A stretch of DNA of 62,896 nt, filler included, from Octopus bimaculoides (lineage: Eukaryota), in the NCBI RefSeq assembly GCF_001194135.2. It is 7 parts of 7 records of this genome, joined end to end, with 100 filler letters (N's around TTAATTAATTAA, not from the genome) between each part and the next. Parts side by side here need not be neighbours in the genome. Positions count along the whole stretch, not along the records: positions 61,271 to 62,896 come from NC_068985.1; 6 more parts are not named here. One strand, 5' to 3'. Position 1 is the stretch's first letter; the number at the start of each line of letters is the position of its first letter. Made by a program: the position numbers and the translations under genes. Below the pieces are notes generated by a model. It was given only the letters and a program-made list of their open reading frames with translations. It was not told the origin of the DNA and did not search any database. This document shows positions 62,883 through 62,896 of the stretch, piece after piece.

Positions 62883-62896
62883 TGTATATATATATA

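Overview
AT-rich, microsatellite-dense eukaryotic genomic DNA from a gapped draft assembly. The SINE families look like cephalopod (most likely Octopus) ones; this is recognition from memory, not a database search. About a fifth of the window is N. Six of the gaps are fixed 100-bp scaffold joins (44 N + TTAATTAATTAA + 44 N), so order and orientation across them are uncertain. Nearly every long ORF in the supplied track is an artefact of N-runs or simple repeats. What can be supported: (1) Decayed mobile elements: an RTE 3' end; the 5' half (ORF1 + AP endonuclease) and a separate 3' end of L1/Tx1 elements; four R4/Dong-clade fragments, two of them head-to-tail; a 5'-truncated Penelope-like element; a mariner 3' end; an internally deleted Helitron plus solo Helitron 3' ends; and about a dozen tRNA-derived SINEs of three families. 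(2) Short minus-strand segments with canonical splice sites (about 9.9-28.7 kb) that probably belong to one or two spliced genes I cannot name. (3) Three promoter-like patches (YY1; E2F/ETS/CCAAT; X-box/CRE). The most interesting structure is the Penelope-like element at 23.0-23.7 kb. Its terminal repeat contains a tRNA-like Pol III head (A and B boxes) followed by a minimal type I hammerhead ribozyme topology, and an inverted partial copy of that repeat caps the 5' end. No intact transposon ORF, true tRNA, rRNA or CRISPR array was found.
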